Shown in pieces: positions 49,626 to 64,000 of a stretch of DNA of 64,000 nt. Every line of letters begins with the position of its first letter. The stretch's first letter is position 1. The stretch covers positions 806,001 through 870,000 of the forward strand of contig NC_043003.1 of assembly GCF_006345805.1 (NCBI RefSeq), read 5' to 3'. The notes below the pieces were generated by a model that saw nothing but the letters and a program-made list of their open reading frames with translations, did no database searches and was not told the origin of the DNA. The position numbers and the translations under genes are program-made. The stretch is from Octopus sinensis (lineage: Eukaryota).

Positions 49626-52600
49626 AAATGCAGTTTTTGTCTTTTTTTGGGGGGGGGGGGGTTAGACAAAGAACGAGATGGTATGGTGGTATCCATCGTC
49701 TCAGTTGGTCACACCTGGGGATCCAACCGAAAAGTATTTCAAATTTGAGAAACATCACATTTACAACAGCGAACAAAAACTTCGAACATGGTTAAAATGA
49801 AAAATAAAGTTCGATAATGTTTCGTTTTGAATGTTAATTTGGAAGTTTATAGATTATAAAGGGGGAGGGGGGGCTATCGTTGGGGAAAAGAGTAGGAAAA
49901 TATCGATTTGTGATAGAGAACAGAGGAATAACCAATTGACTTTATTGGTTTCAGCAAAAATAGGGATTTCAGCCTATTTACGTAGCAAAGAAAAGAAACA
50001 GCCATTGAAGATTATGAGAAGAGCAAAGATTCTTTGAGGGAAAGACGAAAGTAAAAGAAATATAGAAATGAATGGGAAAATGGAGCCATTTTACAGAGAG
50101 GCAAATTAAAGAAATGACAAGGAATGCAACAATCGAATTTATGTTTTCTTTGCAAAACTAACGAATATTGGTGAATGTAGGAATATATTCAAAGAACGAC
50201 AAAATAGAACTGATATTTTTTCAGAGACTGAGAAATTCAACTGAATCAAAGAACAGAATCAGTGTAAAGAAGATTGGAATTTAACTGAAAGAACACAAGA
50301 GGGAAAAAGGCATTTCTTATTACAAAATATGAGAACGGAAGTAAAGAATTACAAGGAATGAATTGGAGAAGTCTGAGGTTTTCGGACAATTTGAATCTTG
50401 TTACATTTCTGTGTAATTTCTAACTGTGTTGAAGCATCATATTTCTTACATATATAAATATTTAGGGGTTAATTGTGAACGTACAAGCATATTTTTTTCA
50501 TTACAGGGTTTCAACGATTTAATCCTTTATGTTATAGACCATTAGAAATCAGGCACCGTAGGAATACTGAAAGCATAATCGCGTGTGGGGGAGAGTAGAG
50601 TTACTATGAAGAAATTTAGGGACGATAGTTGATCCCCAGACTTCAGTGGGAAACGAGAGAAACCTTAGCCAGGAAGGGAAATGACGTAATACTTTTAGAG
50701 AAAGAAAAATATTAATGTAACCTATATTTTCATTGAAAAACTGAAGATGAACAGTTGCTAAGAAGTGAACAATTATTTTCGTTCAAAGATCGGTTAAATG
50801 CAATCGAACGAGAAAATGGAGCGAAGACCATTGGTCAACGAAAGACAACCAGTAAAAAGGTGAACGAAAAAATTGTAGCGAAATTGGAGAAAATTAATAA
50901 ATTAGAAATTGGATCTGGAACATAGATGTACAATTTTCATAGAAATGTCGAAGAATATTACTGAAGATTGCGGTAGGGAGTTGTTGTCGATGTAAATTTA
51001 GCTCCAGATCATCACTAATCCAAGAGAACTGGGACAGCGCTATTCCAACGGTAACCCTCCCATCTTTCTTTTCCCGACAGTGTATCTAGGATTACGTTAA
51101 AAAAAATGTGTCCTTACTTTTAGAAGAAAGCGTGTGATTTGAGGGAGGTTTGGCTGCTATTAACGGCGACCTCGTAGAATTTCTTTCATACTGGCTCTTG
51201 TTGGCATGTAGTTATCGTTTACAGTGAAAACATAGAGTTTACCAGCGAAAGAGAAAATGGGGCCATAATTTTCGTTGAGAGGCGGATTACATGTTAAACA
51301 TGGAAGAATAACCGTCCACCATTAAAGTATGACAGTGAATAAGAATTCATTTTTGTTTTGTCTGTGAGAGGAGCAGGTTTTTTAATGAAAAACTGCAGAT
51401 CTTACCGAGAAAGCAATCATTATTATTATGATCGAAAAATACCAAAATAATATTCTTGAAGGGAAGGAAAGAGAAAAACTAAATAAATAAAGAGTGAAAG
51501 ATGACTTCCATTTTATTGAAAAATTGAACAATGTTAGCAAACGAAAGTTTCCAGTGAATGACAGGAATAAGAAGCAAGATATTTGAAGCGGAAGACATAA
51601 GATGCAAAAGATGGAAGGAGCTTTTGGAGAGTGAGGTGAGAGAGAAAGAGAGAGAGAGAGGGAGGGGAGAAAAATATGGTGAAGAATGAAATCCAAGAAA
51701 ATTGTCGGAATCAGACGAGAGTCAAGAGATTACTTTCCCCTGGACCAATTCAATTTCATTAGACTAGTGGGGAAACAATATCTGTAGTAGTAGTAGTAGC
51801 AGCAGCAGCAGCGGTGATTACGATCTTATGCCGATAATTGTGATTGGGGAATTGATGAAGATAATAGTGATAATGGGGATAATGGCAATCTGGAATGTCC
51901 TATATTGGCACGAGGCCATACGCTTTATTATAGGCCCATTGAGTTAATTGCATCAAGAGTGAGACTCATTTATTTTATTAATTTCGTGGGGATATAAAAA
52001 AAAAATTAAGTCAACCTTGATTGTAATTGAATTGAGAACATAGAAAAATGGAGCCAGAAGGTACCAGATACGTCGAAAACATTCAGGCCCATCACATGAC
52101 TTTCTGCAGCCACTACAATACCTGTTGGGGTTTACAATAATATTTATATTTGATAATTATAAAATTCATCATTGAAAAATTATTTCCCTTGGTGGGGAAA
52201 TAATTTTGAACACTTAATTAAATCGATCCCAAAATATTACAGGTATAATGCCAAATGGCAATTTTTCTTATCTACAAGCAGATTAATGAATGAATTTGAA
52301 ATAAAAACATTTGGTTTCTTGCGGTTTCATTCACAAGAAATATTTAATGATTTATGATTTCATTCGAAAATAAGATACATTATAAAAGTACAAACTGATC
52401 TCAGTACTTGATCGGTACTTTTATTTTATCGATCTGGGAAAGATATAAAAATACATTGTAGACTGCATCAGATCTGAACCACTGCAAAGGTGTCGAAACC
52501 ATAATGATAACCATTAGGTAGCTGATGATGGGACTGTATGTTTGATATGCTTGTTACCAGTGATATTTTTTTTACATCTTGTGGTTTCGTTGTTCTAGAT

Positions 52601-52909
52601 CAGTGGTTCCCAAACTTTTTCGGCCTGCCACCCCCTTGTTACCCAGGCCACATTCCTAGCACCTCACCCCAACTAACCATCACGAACAGAGACCTTTTTC
52701 TGAAGCAAATTCAAAGCAACTGATTTTCACAAATAAAACTTAACCTAATGAACCTATTATTTTGTTGTTTTTGCATGAGTCACTACCCCATTATCTCCCC
52801 CCATTTTACATGAATCGCTACCTCGTTATCTCCCCACTTTTCTTCGACACCCCCTTGGAACTTTCCACTGCTCCCAGGGGGGCAATACCGCCCACTTTGG
52901 GAACCACTG
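52601..52909. mobile_element. hAT (Charlie-like) MITE
   Basis: CAGTGGTTCCCAAAC...TTTGGGAACCACTG; imperfect 8-bp TSD TTCTAGAT/CCCTAGAT. Confidence 0.85.
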
Positions 52910-53342
52910 CCCTAGATCGTCCTTCATTCTCATAGGGTTGAACTTGTTTAAGGATTCTTGGTTTCTGTTGATTATATTCTGCTATGCTGTGACATTACAT
53001 GATGACCCTAGGCTGCGTTGCACACTCACAAACACACACACATATATTACTGGTACATATTTACTAACAGTAGAAAGCAAACTTGACTTTAAAGACAGGA
53101 AAGAATGATTCGTAAAGTTGGCTCAGTTGAATGAAATTACTCTTGTATTTGAGCGATAATTATCTTATTGTAATCGTAAAGTATATTTGCCACCTAAATG
53201 TGGCAGACCCATATGGAACGATGCTACTGTTGTTTATAGCCCCAGGATTACATCTCATCCAGCTCGCTAACGACACACCGTCTGTGCCCGATCAGTATTT
53301 GCGAAGGGAAATCATCGTTCCCATCTCTAGCCTTACGTGATA

Positions 53343-53387
53343 CACACGGACCCGGGTTTCTGAATGGTAACCCGTCATCAGTGTGTG
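53343..53387 (-). ncRNA. Minimal hammerhead motif, intact core, CCCGGG palindromic stem III
   Basis: Minus strand CACACA CTGATGA C GGG ttacca TTC A GAAA CCCGGG TC CGTGTG. Confidence 0.75.
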
Positions 53388-54621
53388 GCAATCAGCAGCT
53401 AGCGACGAAAACTCATTCCAAACGCTAAATACTCTTTGTTTTTTCCAGTGACAAACAATAAAAAATCTCTGATTTATTCTTGCTTATTTTATTTACCTCC
53501 GAGGAGAGGCCACCTTCGTCGAGATTTGAACCTGGATTCTGAAAGCACGTAATAAATAGCGACATCGAATTTTGGCAGGTGGGGGGAGGGGATAAGTCGA
53601 TTACATCGACCCCAGGGCTCAACTGCTACTTATTTATCACCCCTCCCCCAAGGATGAAAGGTTAAGTCAATCTTGAGAGAATTTGATCTCAGACTGTGAA
53701 GCCGGACGAAATACCGCTATGCATTTTCCCCAGCGTGTTAACGATTCTACCAGTTCGCCACAACAGTGTAAAATACTGACTGTGCGGATTGGTTGAGATC
53801 GATAAAACACCCACGAAATATCTTTCGGAAATTAACCATATCTGACACTTCCCCCACAAAAATGCCTCAATTTTTTGAACATTTGGGCGGCGGTGGATGT
53901 GGTGGTGGGGGGGTGCGAAGTCGGGCCCCTATCACATGTTTTAATGCATCAAAAAAAATTTTCCCTCAATATGCGCTGCTGAAATGGGGGGGGGGGTACA
54001 TCTTATACACCAAATTACCTTCTGGATTCAGATCCTGTTTTTAGCATCATTTCGGAGCCAAAAATGAAGCAGCGGTCATACGATGCTGCAAACGAAACAC
54101 ATTTTAACAATATATGGAAAAGGAAAAACGAGGGAAATTCTATAGGTTAGTATCACGAGGTACAGAGTTCAATGCGATGGCTCGGCCAAATGCTTTTTAC
54201 TAAAACAGTCACGGATCGACCCATGTTTCAGAAACTGGATGTGTTGTACTTGCATTTCAAATGTTTCACCTTGTCGTATACATAACTGGGTCACAGCGAT
54301 TTTAGTTCTCAGCTCCACGCTAATTCAACAGACGTCTGTGGTTAGTACACTTGATGGAGCGAGTGGAAGTCCATGACCGGACGTTCAACCAGAGTTCTAG
54401 TTATCACACACACACACACATATATATATATCTTTTTTTTCTTTTTGCTTGTTTCAGCCATTTGACAGCGGCTATGCTGGAGCACCGCCTCGAAGGGTTT
54501 TACTCGAACAAATCAACCCTAGTACTTATTCTATCGAACTCTTTGCCGAACCGCTTAGTTAGAGGGGACGTGAATACACCAACATCGCTGATGAGGGGAC
54601 ACACAAGCACATATGTATATA

Positions 54622-54683
<62 letters not shown>

Positions 54684-55793
54684 GATAGGCTTCTTTCAGT
54701 TTCCGTCTACCACATCCACTCACAAGGCTTTGGTAGGCCCGAAGCTATAGTAGAAGACACTTCCCGAAGGTGCTACGCAGTGGGACAGAACCTGGAACCA
54801 TGTGGTTGGTAAGCAAGCTACTTACCACACAAATATATATAAACTGTATCAAACAGATTAACGGACGTTATATCCCGCTGGTCACAATACGCTTCCTCGC
54901 ATTGTTGTAGCTGGTTAGTCGTCGGGAAGGAAAACATCCCTACTTAATGGAACACCAGTCAGTTAACAGGGTTACCGACTTACAGCCGAGTAGACTGTGG
55001 AGCAACGCGAAATGAAGTGCTGGTATGGAAACCGAAACCGCGATCTCGTGAGCATGAAAGCAACATCTTAACCAACAGGCTATGCGACTTCACATGCACG
55101 TACTGTGTGTGTGTGTGTGTGTATGCTTGTGTTTTTGTTTGTAAATGTGTGTGTTTATGTGTGCGTTTGTGTGTGTGTTTGTGTGTTCGTGTATGTGTAT
55201 GTGAGTGTATGTTTGTGTGTGTCTGCGTGTGTTTTTGTTTGTGTGTGTGTGTGTGTGTGTTTAAGTGTGTATGTGTGTGTGTGTGTGTGTTTATGTGTTT
55301 GTGTATGTGTGTGTCTATTTGTGTGTGATTGTGTTTGTATGTATGTGAGCGTGTGAGTGTGTGTGTGCGTGTGTGTGTGTGTGTGTGTGTACCCGATATA
55401 CGTCCGTTTGCTCTTGTTCGTATCTCGTACTCTAATGGACTACTTTTTTTTGCAACAAAGGCTGAACGTGTAACCGAAAGCCTCTGCTTGGATTATAGAC
55501 TTAATGGCCACACATCATCCCCTGCTTCCCGTGTATCCGTCTCTGGGGTCCTTCCGTGTACTCATGCCTTCTCTGTCTTCATCTTATCACTAACTTCTAA
55601 AAATGTTGCATGAAAAAAGAAAAAACCTGCCGAGTATTGCACTCTCCCGTATTGACTGCAACATGGACGTCCGCCATCTGTTCAGTCGACATCAATAAAA
55701 TATTTATACCTGTCATTTTCCTCGGATCGATTTCATTGATTCGTTACATCATTTTCTGCAAACTTTTGTCTCGTGTCTTACCTCTCCAACCGC

Positions 55794-55838
<45 letters not shown>

Positions 55839-55900
55839 TATTAAGAGAGAGAGAGATATATAGATAGAGAGAAAGAGAGAGGTAGATAGATAGTAGATAG

Positions 55901-55931
<31 letters not shown>

Positions 55932-55963
55932 GAGATAGATAGATAGGAGAGAGGGAGAGAGAG

Positions 55964-56004
<41 letters not shown>

Positions 56005-56699
56005 CAGACAGACAGACAGATAGATAGATAGATAGATAGATAGACAGATAGATAGATAGATAGATAGACAAACAGACAGAATGAGATCTGAAATCATGCG
56101 AAATACACTGAAAATAGAAGCTATACACAATTACATGTATTCTCGGGTATGTACACACACACACACACATACACACAAGACTAACACAAAAGAGCCAAAC
56201 AGCCACCCGTATCTACACAACACGTCCACACGCATTTCTACAAAACGCTTTGTATGCGTGCGTGCACGATGCCCGCATGCACATTACCTCATTGTCACAC
56301 TATATACACATATGCACGCACGCACACACACACACACACCACTATTAGTTCCCTTATTGTAGTATTTCACTTAGATACTGCTAGATGCAAGTTCATGCAT
56401 GCTGTCATACATGCATGTACATGCAGTTATACATGCATGCACACACACACACACACATATATATATATACACACACACACACATATATACACACACACAC
56501 ATATATATATACACACACACACACACATATATATATACACACACACACACACTATATACACACACATATATATATATTACACACCACACACACATATATA
56601 TTACACAAACACACACATATATACACACACACACACAATATATATATATACACACACACACACATATATACACACACACACATATATATACACACACAC

Positions 56700-56732
<33 letters not shown>

Positions 56733-56795
56733 TATATATACACACACACACACACACATATATATACACACATATATATATATATATACACACAC

Positions 56796-56838
<43 letters not shown>

Positions 56839-56855
56839 ACATATATATATATATA

Positions 56856-57190
56856 TGGCCCAGTGGTTAGGGCAGCGGACTCGTGCTCGGAGGATCGCGA
56901 TTTCGATTCCCAGACCGAGCGTTGTGAATGTTCATTGAGCAAAAACACCCAGAGTTCCACAAGGTTCCGGCAGGGAAGGGGTGGTGGCAAACCCTGCTCT
57001 ACTCTTTCACACAACTTTCTCTCACTCTTTCTTCCTGTTTCTGTTGCCCCCGTATTTCAAAGAGGCCAGCCTTGTCACACTCTGTGTCACACTTAATCTC
57101 CCCGAGAACTACGTATCTGTGGAGTGCTCAGCCACTTGCACGTTAATTTCACGAACAGGCAGTTCCGTTGATAGTAACCGACGGAGTGCC
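56856..57190 (+). mobile_element. SINE family R1, CpG-retaining copy between long (CA/TA)n arrays
   Basis: TGGCCCAGTGGTTAGGGCAGCGGACTCG...TTCGATTCCC head; R tail ending GACGGAGTGCC. Confidence 0.85.
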
Positions 57191-57761
<571 letters not shown>

Positions 57762-57933
57762 GGCGTCTGTGTTTGTCCCCACCCCACCCCATCGGTTGGC
57801 AACCGATGCTGGGGTGGTTTATGTCCCCGTAACCTAGTGATCCGGCAAAAGGGCCCGATAGAAAAGTACTAGTCTTACAAAGAATAATTCCTATGCCCAA
57901 TTTGCTCGACTGAAACAAGAAAAAAAATATTTA

Positions 57934-58146
57934 CAATAATCCTTCACCATATCGCGGTTCACTTATCGCGGTTTATTATTTAAGCTTACATCGATTCCTC
58001 CATGGTGTTGTTTTGAATTTATAATAAAATATATACAAATTAAATAATAATTAAACTATATATACAGTACTGTTTCTACTTCGCGGATTTTCACCTATCG
58101 CGGGGGTTTTTGGAACGTAACACCCGCGATAGTCGACGGATTACTG
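57934..58146. mobile_element. pogo/Tigger-like MITE
   Basis: TA|CAATAATCC...GGATTACTG|TA with internal ATCGCGG repeats; its right end recurs CpG-decayed at about 18220-18272 and 19090-19144. Confidence 0.75.
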
Positions 58147-59970
58147 TATATGATTCCAGAGCCTGCTTAGCTAATGTGTAAAGTGGTTGTGTGCATATTG
58201 CATGTTAATTTATGCTAGATTGCACTATGAAGAGGGTACAGGAGAGGTGGGGTGGTATATACAAACATCAGGGTGAGTGTGTGCGTGCGTGTGCTTGGTT
58301 TTTTATGAAAATGTTTCACGCTTCAGTGCGTATTTGTGTAAATGCAAAGCTGTTGGTCTAACAAGTGTGTGTGTGCATGCGTGTGTTTTTGTGTGTGCAC
58401 TCACTCATGCAAAAATATTGTGTCCTGTGACCAGTCAAGCATGCAATTGAGTGTGTGTGTGTGTGAAGAGGGGGAGAGAGAGGAGAGGGAGGGGGAGAGA
58501 CATATACACATAAATGCGTATGTATTTTGTTTTATTCTTTTACTTGTTTCAGTCATTTGACTGCGGCCATGCTGGAGCACCGCCCTTAGTCGAACAAATC
58601 GATCCCCAGGACGTATTCTTTGTAAGCCTAGTACTTATTCTATCGGTCTCTTTTGTCGAACCGCTAAGTTACGGGGACATAAACACACCAACATCGGTTG
58701 TCAAGCGATGATGAGGAGACAAACATAGACACACAAATATACATATATATATGCGAAGGGCTTCTTTCAGTTTCTGTCTACAAAATCCACTCACAAGGCA
58801 TTGGTCGGCCCGAGGCTATAGCAGAAGACACTTGCCCAAGTTGCCATGCAGTGGGACTGAACCCGGAACCATGTGGTTGGTAAGCAAGCTACTTACCACA
58901 CAGCAATCGGCAGAGCGACTCAAGGACCGAGAGTTTTGTTATTGATACTTATGAAGCTTGTGTGTGTGTGTGGGTGGGGGGGGGGTTGATATGTGTCAAG
59001 GTACGAAACTATGCTCTTGACTGAGGTGCATCTGCTGATGTATACAGACTTAGTATAAATGTGTATGTATACACGAACATCCGCATGTATGCATGTATCC
59101 CTCTATCTAAGTATGTGTGTGTGTGTGTGTAAGTGTTGGAGAATATGTTTGTGAGTTTGAGAGATAAAAAAAAATGTGAGCATCAGAAAGTGAGGAAAAG
59201 CGGCCGCACGACGAGGATTGCGCTGCTGTTGGTGGTTTCGAACTGCAGAACTTAGCGATTGCTTGTTGTTGTTGGTTTTAAGTATCAAACACACTTGCTG
59301 AAAGGGCTTTGTTTATGAAATGCATAGACCCAGTTTAATCGAGGTTTTCCGACTCACTATACTATATTACATATATGTGAGATTGTACCGCAGCGTTGAT
59401 GACAGTAGACGGGGTGGCGGCGGCGGCGGTGGCGGCGGTCGTAGTGGTGGTGATGGAGGCGGTGTTCTTTTGTTTTCCTTCGTTTTTTTTTCCTTCCCTT
59501 TTTTAACCCTCAAGCCAGCTCTGATAGAGCAGACCTATGACCATTTTAAGCATCACAATATCTAATGTATTTTTATAAAGGCGGTAAGGTACTGATTGAA
59601 AGAATCGGCTGCTCTTTTTAACAAATCGAGCAAGTCTAGAGACTCCTTCACTTGCGATCGTAATTAAGAATGATGTCGTTTTACTTAGGGCAGCTATGGT
59701 CCATGTAGACTGAGGACCAAAAACCTTTCAGCCTCGTTTTGTTTAACTTTTGCCTGTTTCAGTCCTTTGGCTACAGCCATGCTGGAGCACCGCCTTGAAA
59801 GGTTTTTAAAGTCTTACTTATTCTATCGGTTCCTTGTGTCGAACTACTAAGTTATAGGGACGTCAAGTCCACATTGGTTGTTAAGCGGTGGAAGGGGCAC
59901 AAACATAAAGACACGCAACCATGTTTACGTCATAAGAATTTAGAAACTTCGAGCGAACGTGACATAATTC

Positions 59971-60095
59971 GTTTTTAACGGTTGAACTCGAGGTAGATAA
60001 AGCTATAAATGAGAAAAGTCAAAGGCATCTTTAGCCCAATATTTACACGTTTTTATTTATAGCTCTACCTACTTCGAGTTCAACTGTTAGAAACA
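59971..60095. repeat. About 125-bp hairpin (inverted repeat) nested in a SINE A copy
   Basis: TTAACGGTTGAACTCGAGGTAGATAAAGCTATAAAT / ATTTATAGCTCTACCTACTTCGAGTTCAACTGTTAG. Confidence 0.75.
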
Positions 60096-60698
60096 AATCA
60101 CACACAACGTGCTTCTACACAGTTTGCATCAACCAACTTCACCGACAAAGAGAGCATTGGTCGACCCGGGGGCCATTGCCCAAGATGCCACACAATCCTG
60201 TCTGAAACTACAGTATAAACACTGTTATGTCTTTTTTTAAAAAAAAAGATGTTATGATTTGAGTGCTACTATTTCTAGCAGACAAACCGACTACGTAGGG
60301 GCTGCCTCGTTAACTCACAGTGACAGAAGTAGTGATGTTTATTTTGATCACACCTCTGATCAAAGATATTCCAACCGTGACCATCTCGTCCTTTTTTTTT
60401 TCAGACTATATCTAAAAAAAAAAGAAAACTACCGTCAGTAATATGGCCTTTCTTTTTCGTTTTCTTTTTAAGCATTAAGCTGTGATTTTGAGGAGTAAGG
60501 GGTGGGAGAGCGAAGATTCGGCTGCTATTTCTAGAAGGGCGAGTGAACACACTCGGGTTGCTTGGGTGGTTATGGAAAATGGTTGTTGTGGCAATAATAG
60601 CGATGATGGCTACCGTTAGCGATAGGAAGGCAGTGTCAGTTGAAAGTGTTGACAGCAATGATTTTGAGAAGAGTGGTGGAATAGGAGTAGTGTGGTAA

Positions 60699-61685
60699 GG
60701 CGGCGACGGGCTGGCAGACAGGTTAGGGCGAAATGCTTAGCCGTATTTCGTCTGCGTTACGTTGTGAGTTCAAATTCCGCCGAGGTTGACTTTGCCTTTC
60801 ATCCTTTCGGGGTCGATAAATTAAGTACCAGTTACGAACTGGGTCGATGTAATCGACTTAATACCTATGTCTGTCCTTGTTTGTTCCCTCTGTGTTTAGC
60901 CCCTTGTGGGTAATAAAGAAATAGGTATTTCGTCTGCCGTTACGTTCTGAGTTCAAATTCCACCGAGATCGACTTTGCTTTTCGTCCTTTCGGAGTCAAT
61001 AAATTAAGTACCAGTTGCATACTGGGGTCGATCTCATCGACTGGCCCTCTCCCCACCAAAATTTCGGGCTTTGTGCATCGAGTAGAAAAGAATAATAGTA
61101 TTATCGTATATTAATAATAATAATCCTTTCTACTATAGGCACAAGGCCTGAAACTTTTGCGGAGAGGAGGATAAATAAGTACTCGACTGGAACTTATTTT
61201 ACCGACCCCGAAAGGGTGAGCAGCAAAGTCGATCTCATCGGAATCGGAACTCAGAACAGAAAGTCGGTTGAAGTGCCCTTAAGCAGTTTTGTCCGGCGAA
61301 CTAACAATTGTGCCAACCCGAGGCCTTAATAACAATAACAGTAGCAATAATTATACTAAATTCCTGGTAATTTTTGGCACAAGACTAGCAATTTTGAAGT
61401 GAGAGGGCTAAGTCGATTACATCGAACCCCGGAACGTAACTGGTACTTAATTTGCCGAGCCCAAAAGGATGAGAAGCAAAGTCAACCTCAGCGGGATTTG
61501 AACTCAGACCTTAAAAATCCAAAAATACGAATATTTTTTTTCTACTCTAGGTACAAGGCCAGAAATTTTGGGGGAGGGGGGCCAGTCAATTAAATCGACC
61601 CCAGTACGCAACTGGTACTTAATTTATCGACCCCGAAAGGATGAAAGGCAAATTCGACCTCGTCGGGATTTGAACTCAGAGTGTA
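60699..61685. mobile_element. Cluster of five Nin-domain SINE copies or fragments in both orientations
   Basis: Plus copies 60699-61090 (two, tandem or nested); minus copies about 61125-61330, 61375-61510, 61540-61685. Confidence 0.8.
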
Positions 61686-61833
61686 AAACCCAATAATACA
61701 AATAATGGCGTATAGGTTGTTGTAAGGGGTGTCATAATAAGAATGCTAGAGAGGAGTAGATTTTCGGGTGGAGTGATGGGATTATGAAGGTAGAAAGGGG
61801 TGGATAATGTCTGTCTGTTTGTCTGTGCATGTG

Positions 61834-61864
<31 letters not shown>

Positions 61865-62923
61865 GAGTGGAGAAGAAATTCAGGTCACATCAGACAGACA
61901 ACGAAACACTTGGAAAGGATAGAGTGGGGTGGGGGGACGGAGGTAGGAGGTGAAAGAGGAGGAGGATGAGGAGAAGAAGAAAGAGGGGGGGACATATGAA
62001 AAGGGGACGGAGTGGAGGAATCATATTATGAAAGTTATTTTCATTATCTTAAGCGACTGGTTGACAGCAGATCATGTGTACACGCTGCTGGGGTTACATG
62101 TAGACGCGTATGTGTGTGTGTGTGTGTGTGTACGCCCCTGTTCAGGGTGTAACTCGGGTAGGGCACCGAGAAAGTTTAACAAATACAAGCGAGGTGGGGA
62201 CAAACTACTTTGCTGTACCCCACTTATTTTTGTCTGTGTGTCCGCTACCCCTACTACACCCCACCGTACCCCCATCCCATAAACGCAGGCACTAGGCAAA
62301 GAAAAGGAATAACCCCGGGGTATGGGTGGTGGTCGATAGTGGTGGTTGTAGTTGCGATGGTGTTGAGTGGTAGTTTGTTGTGAAAAAGTGGATGTGATAG
62401 CTGTGATGACGGCCACAAAAATGGTGGTGGTGGTGGTGATGCTACTGGTCATTGTTATGGTGATAGTGGCGCTGGTAATGAAGGTAGTCGATGTTGGTGG
62501 TGGTGGTGGTGGTTGCAATGATTGCAGTTGTCATGGCTGTTGCCATAGGAGACATGATGATGATGGCGTTGCAGCAGCTAAAGTTGGACGGACATCTCAG
62601 ACGACGACGACGATGACGATGATGACAATGATGACGATGATGATGATGATGATGATCCTTTCTACTACAGGCGCAACGCCTCAAATTTTGCGGGAGGGAC
62701 TTAACCGATAACATCGACCCTAGTATTTAACTGGTACTTCTTTTATCGACCCCGAAAAGGACGAAAGGTAAAGTTGACCTCGGCGGGATTTGAACTCAGA
62801 ACGTGAAGATGATAATAACAACGAGATTGTATTTGTTTAGCCCCAGCTCAGCTCTGATTATGATTAAAAGCTTTCTAGCCATGCCCATTCCATAATTCAT
62901 AATATCTACTTTTCCACCGTTAA

Positions 62924-62962
<39 letters not shown>

Positions 62963-63035
62963 TATTCTCATTTAAAGAGATAGAATATGATCTAGAGATT
63001 TAGCTTCTATTTCTAGCAGATCGAACAAGGTAGAA

Positions 63036-63097
63036 CAGTGGTACTCAACCTGGGTCCAAATGACCCTTAAGAATCCAATCATATATAAATATGTGTG

Positions 63098-63144
<47 letters not shown>

Positions 63145-63337
63145 ATATGACGAGCGTAGGCTCGAAACGTAAAAGACTTTCATCACCTTCCCAAGCGTTA
63201 AACTAATACAACTGTTTGTTGTTTACACCCTGTCTTCGTCTTTTGTTTTTTGTAAATTCCAACTATATATATATAACTATAAATAAATAAATATATATAT
63301 AACTATAAATATGTATATGTATGTATATATATATATA

Positions 63338-63387
<50 letters not shown>

Positions 63388-63782
63388 GTATAAATATATA
63401 TGTGTGTGTGCGTGTATGTTTGTGTTTGTCCCCCTATCATCGATTGACAACCGATGTTGGTGTGTTTACGTCCCCGTAACTAGCGGTTCGGCAAAAGAGG
63501 CCGATAGAATAAGTACGAGGCTTACAATGAATAAGTTCTGGGGTCGATTTGTTCGACTAAAGGCGGTGCTCCAGCATGGCCGCAGTCAAACGACTGAAAC
63601 AGGTTAATGAGTAATTAATTCCACAATCAACTGTTTTAATTACAATTCCTAAAAACATTTAATTATAAAAAAATACAATAGTTTTTTTCTTTTTAAACAT
63701 CGAATGGCTTTGAAGATCCACCCGGATTAAAAAAAGGAACCAGAAGGGGTCCATAGGGTAAAAAAAGGGTTGACAAGCACTG
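63036..63782. mobile_element. hAT-like MITE carrying a nested family B HHR fragment and a SINE A tail
   Basis: CAGTGGTACTCAACC...GGTTGACAAGCACTG; degenerate 8-bp flanks AGGTAGAA/ATGTAAAG. Confidence 0.6.
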
Positions 63783-64000
63783 ATGTAAAGGCTCCTTTAT
63801 CGGTTCGTTGTTTGATGAGCGGCGGCGGTGGGGCTGGCGGCGTTGATGGTTGTCATGGTAACGGTGAGGATGCCGACGACGATGACGACAAAGTCTCTGT
63901 TGATTATGGTGATTGTGGTGATGATGGTGATGATGGTGCGAAAGGCAGGTGGTTTTGTAGTTACGAATGATGATGATGGTGGTGGTGGTGGTGGTGGTGG

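Overview
Non-bacterial, AT-rich, microsatellite-saturated animal DNA; the tRNA-derived SINE set (CORE-like and Nin-like domains) points to an octopus (Octopus sp.) genome, probably intronic plus intergenic sequence. No complete protein-coding gene is present: almost all listed ORFs are translations of (TA)n/(CA)n/(GA)n/(CAT)n repeats. The window holds dozens of SINE copies from about four families, several DNA-transposon MITEs with target-site duplications (hAT, Tc1/mariner, pogo/Tigger, piggyBac, Merlin-like foldback), two near-perfect local tandem duplications and a 100-N gap. The hidden signal is RNA-level. At least eight sequence-distinct families of minimal type-I hammerhead-ribozyme (HHR) motifs of the Penelope-like element (PLE) kind occur on both strands: stem I-CUGANGA-stem II-GAAA-short palindrome-UH-stem I'. 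Several have non-canonical cores and lie in inverted (foldback) arrangements. One insertion flanked by a 12-bp TSD (28157-28485) joins a PLE GIY-YIG endonuclease C-terminus to a tRNA-like Pol III A/B-box unit, an (AAT)n linker and an HHR. The tRNA-like+HHR cassette also occurs without recognisable coding sequence at 10.5 kb, suggesting a Penelope-linked, ribozyme-bearing SINE-like element. CpG decay in repeats changes near 31 kb, consistent with a methylated minus-strand gene body to the left (candidate exons 27449-27604 and an 18-nt microexon at 1927-1944). All calls are by eye; nothing was searched or folded computationally.
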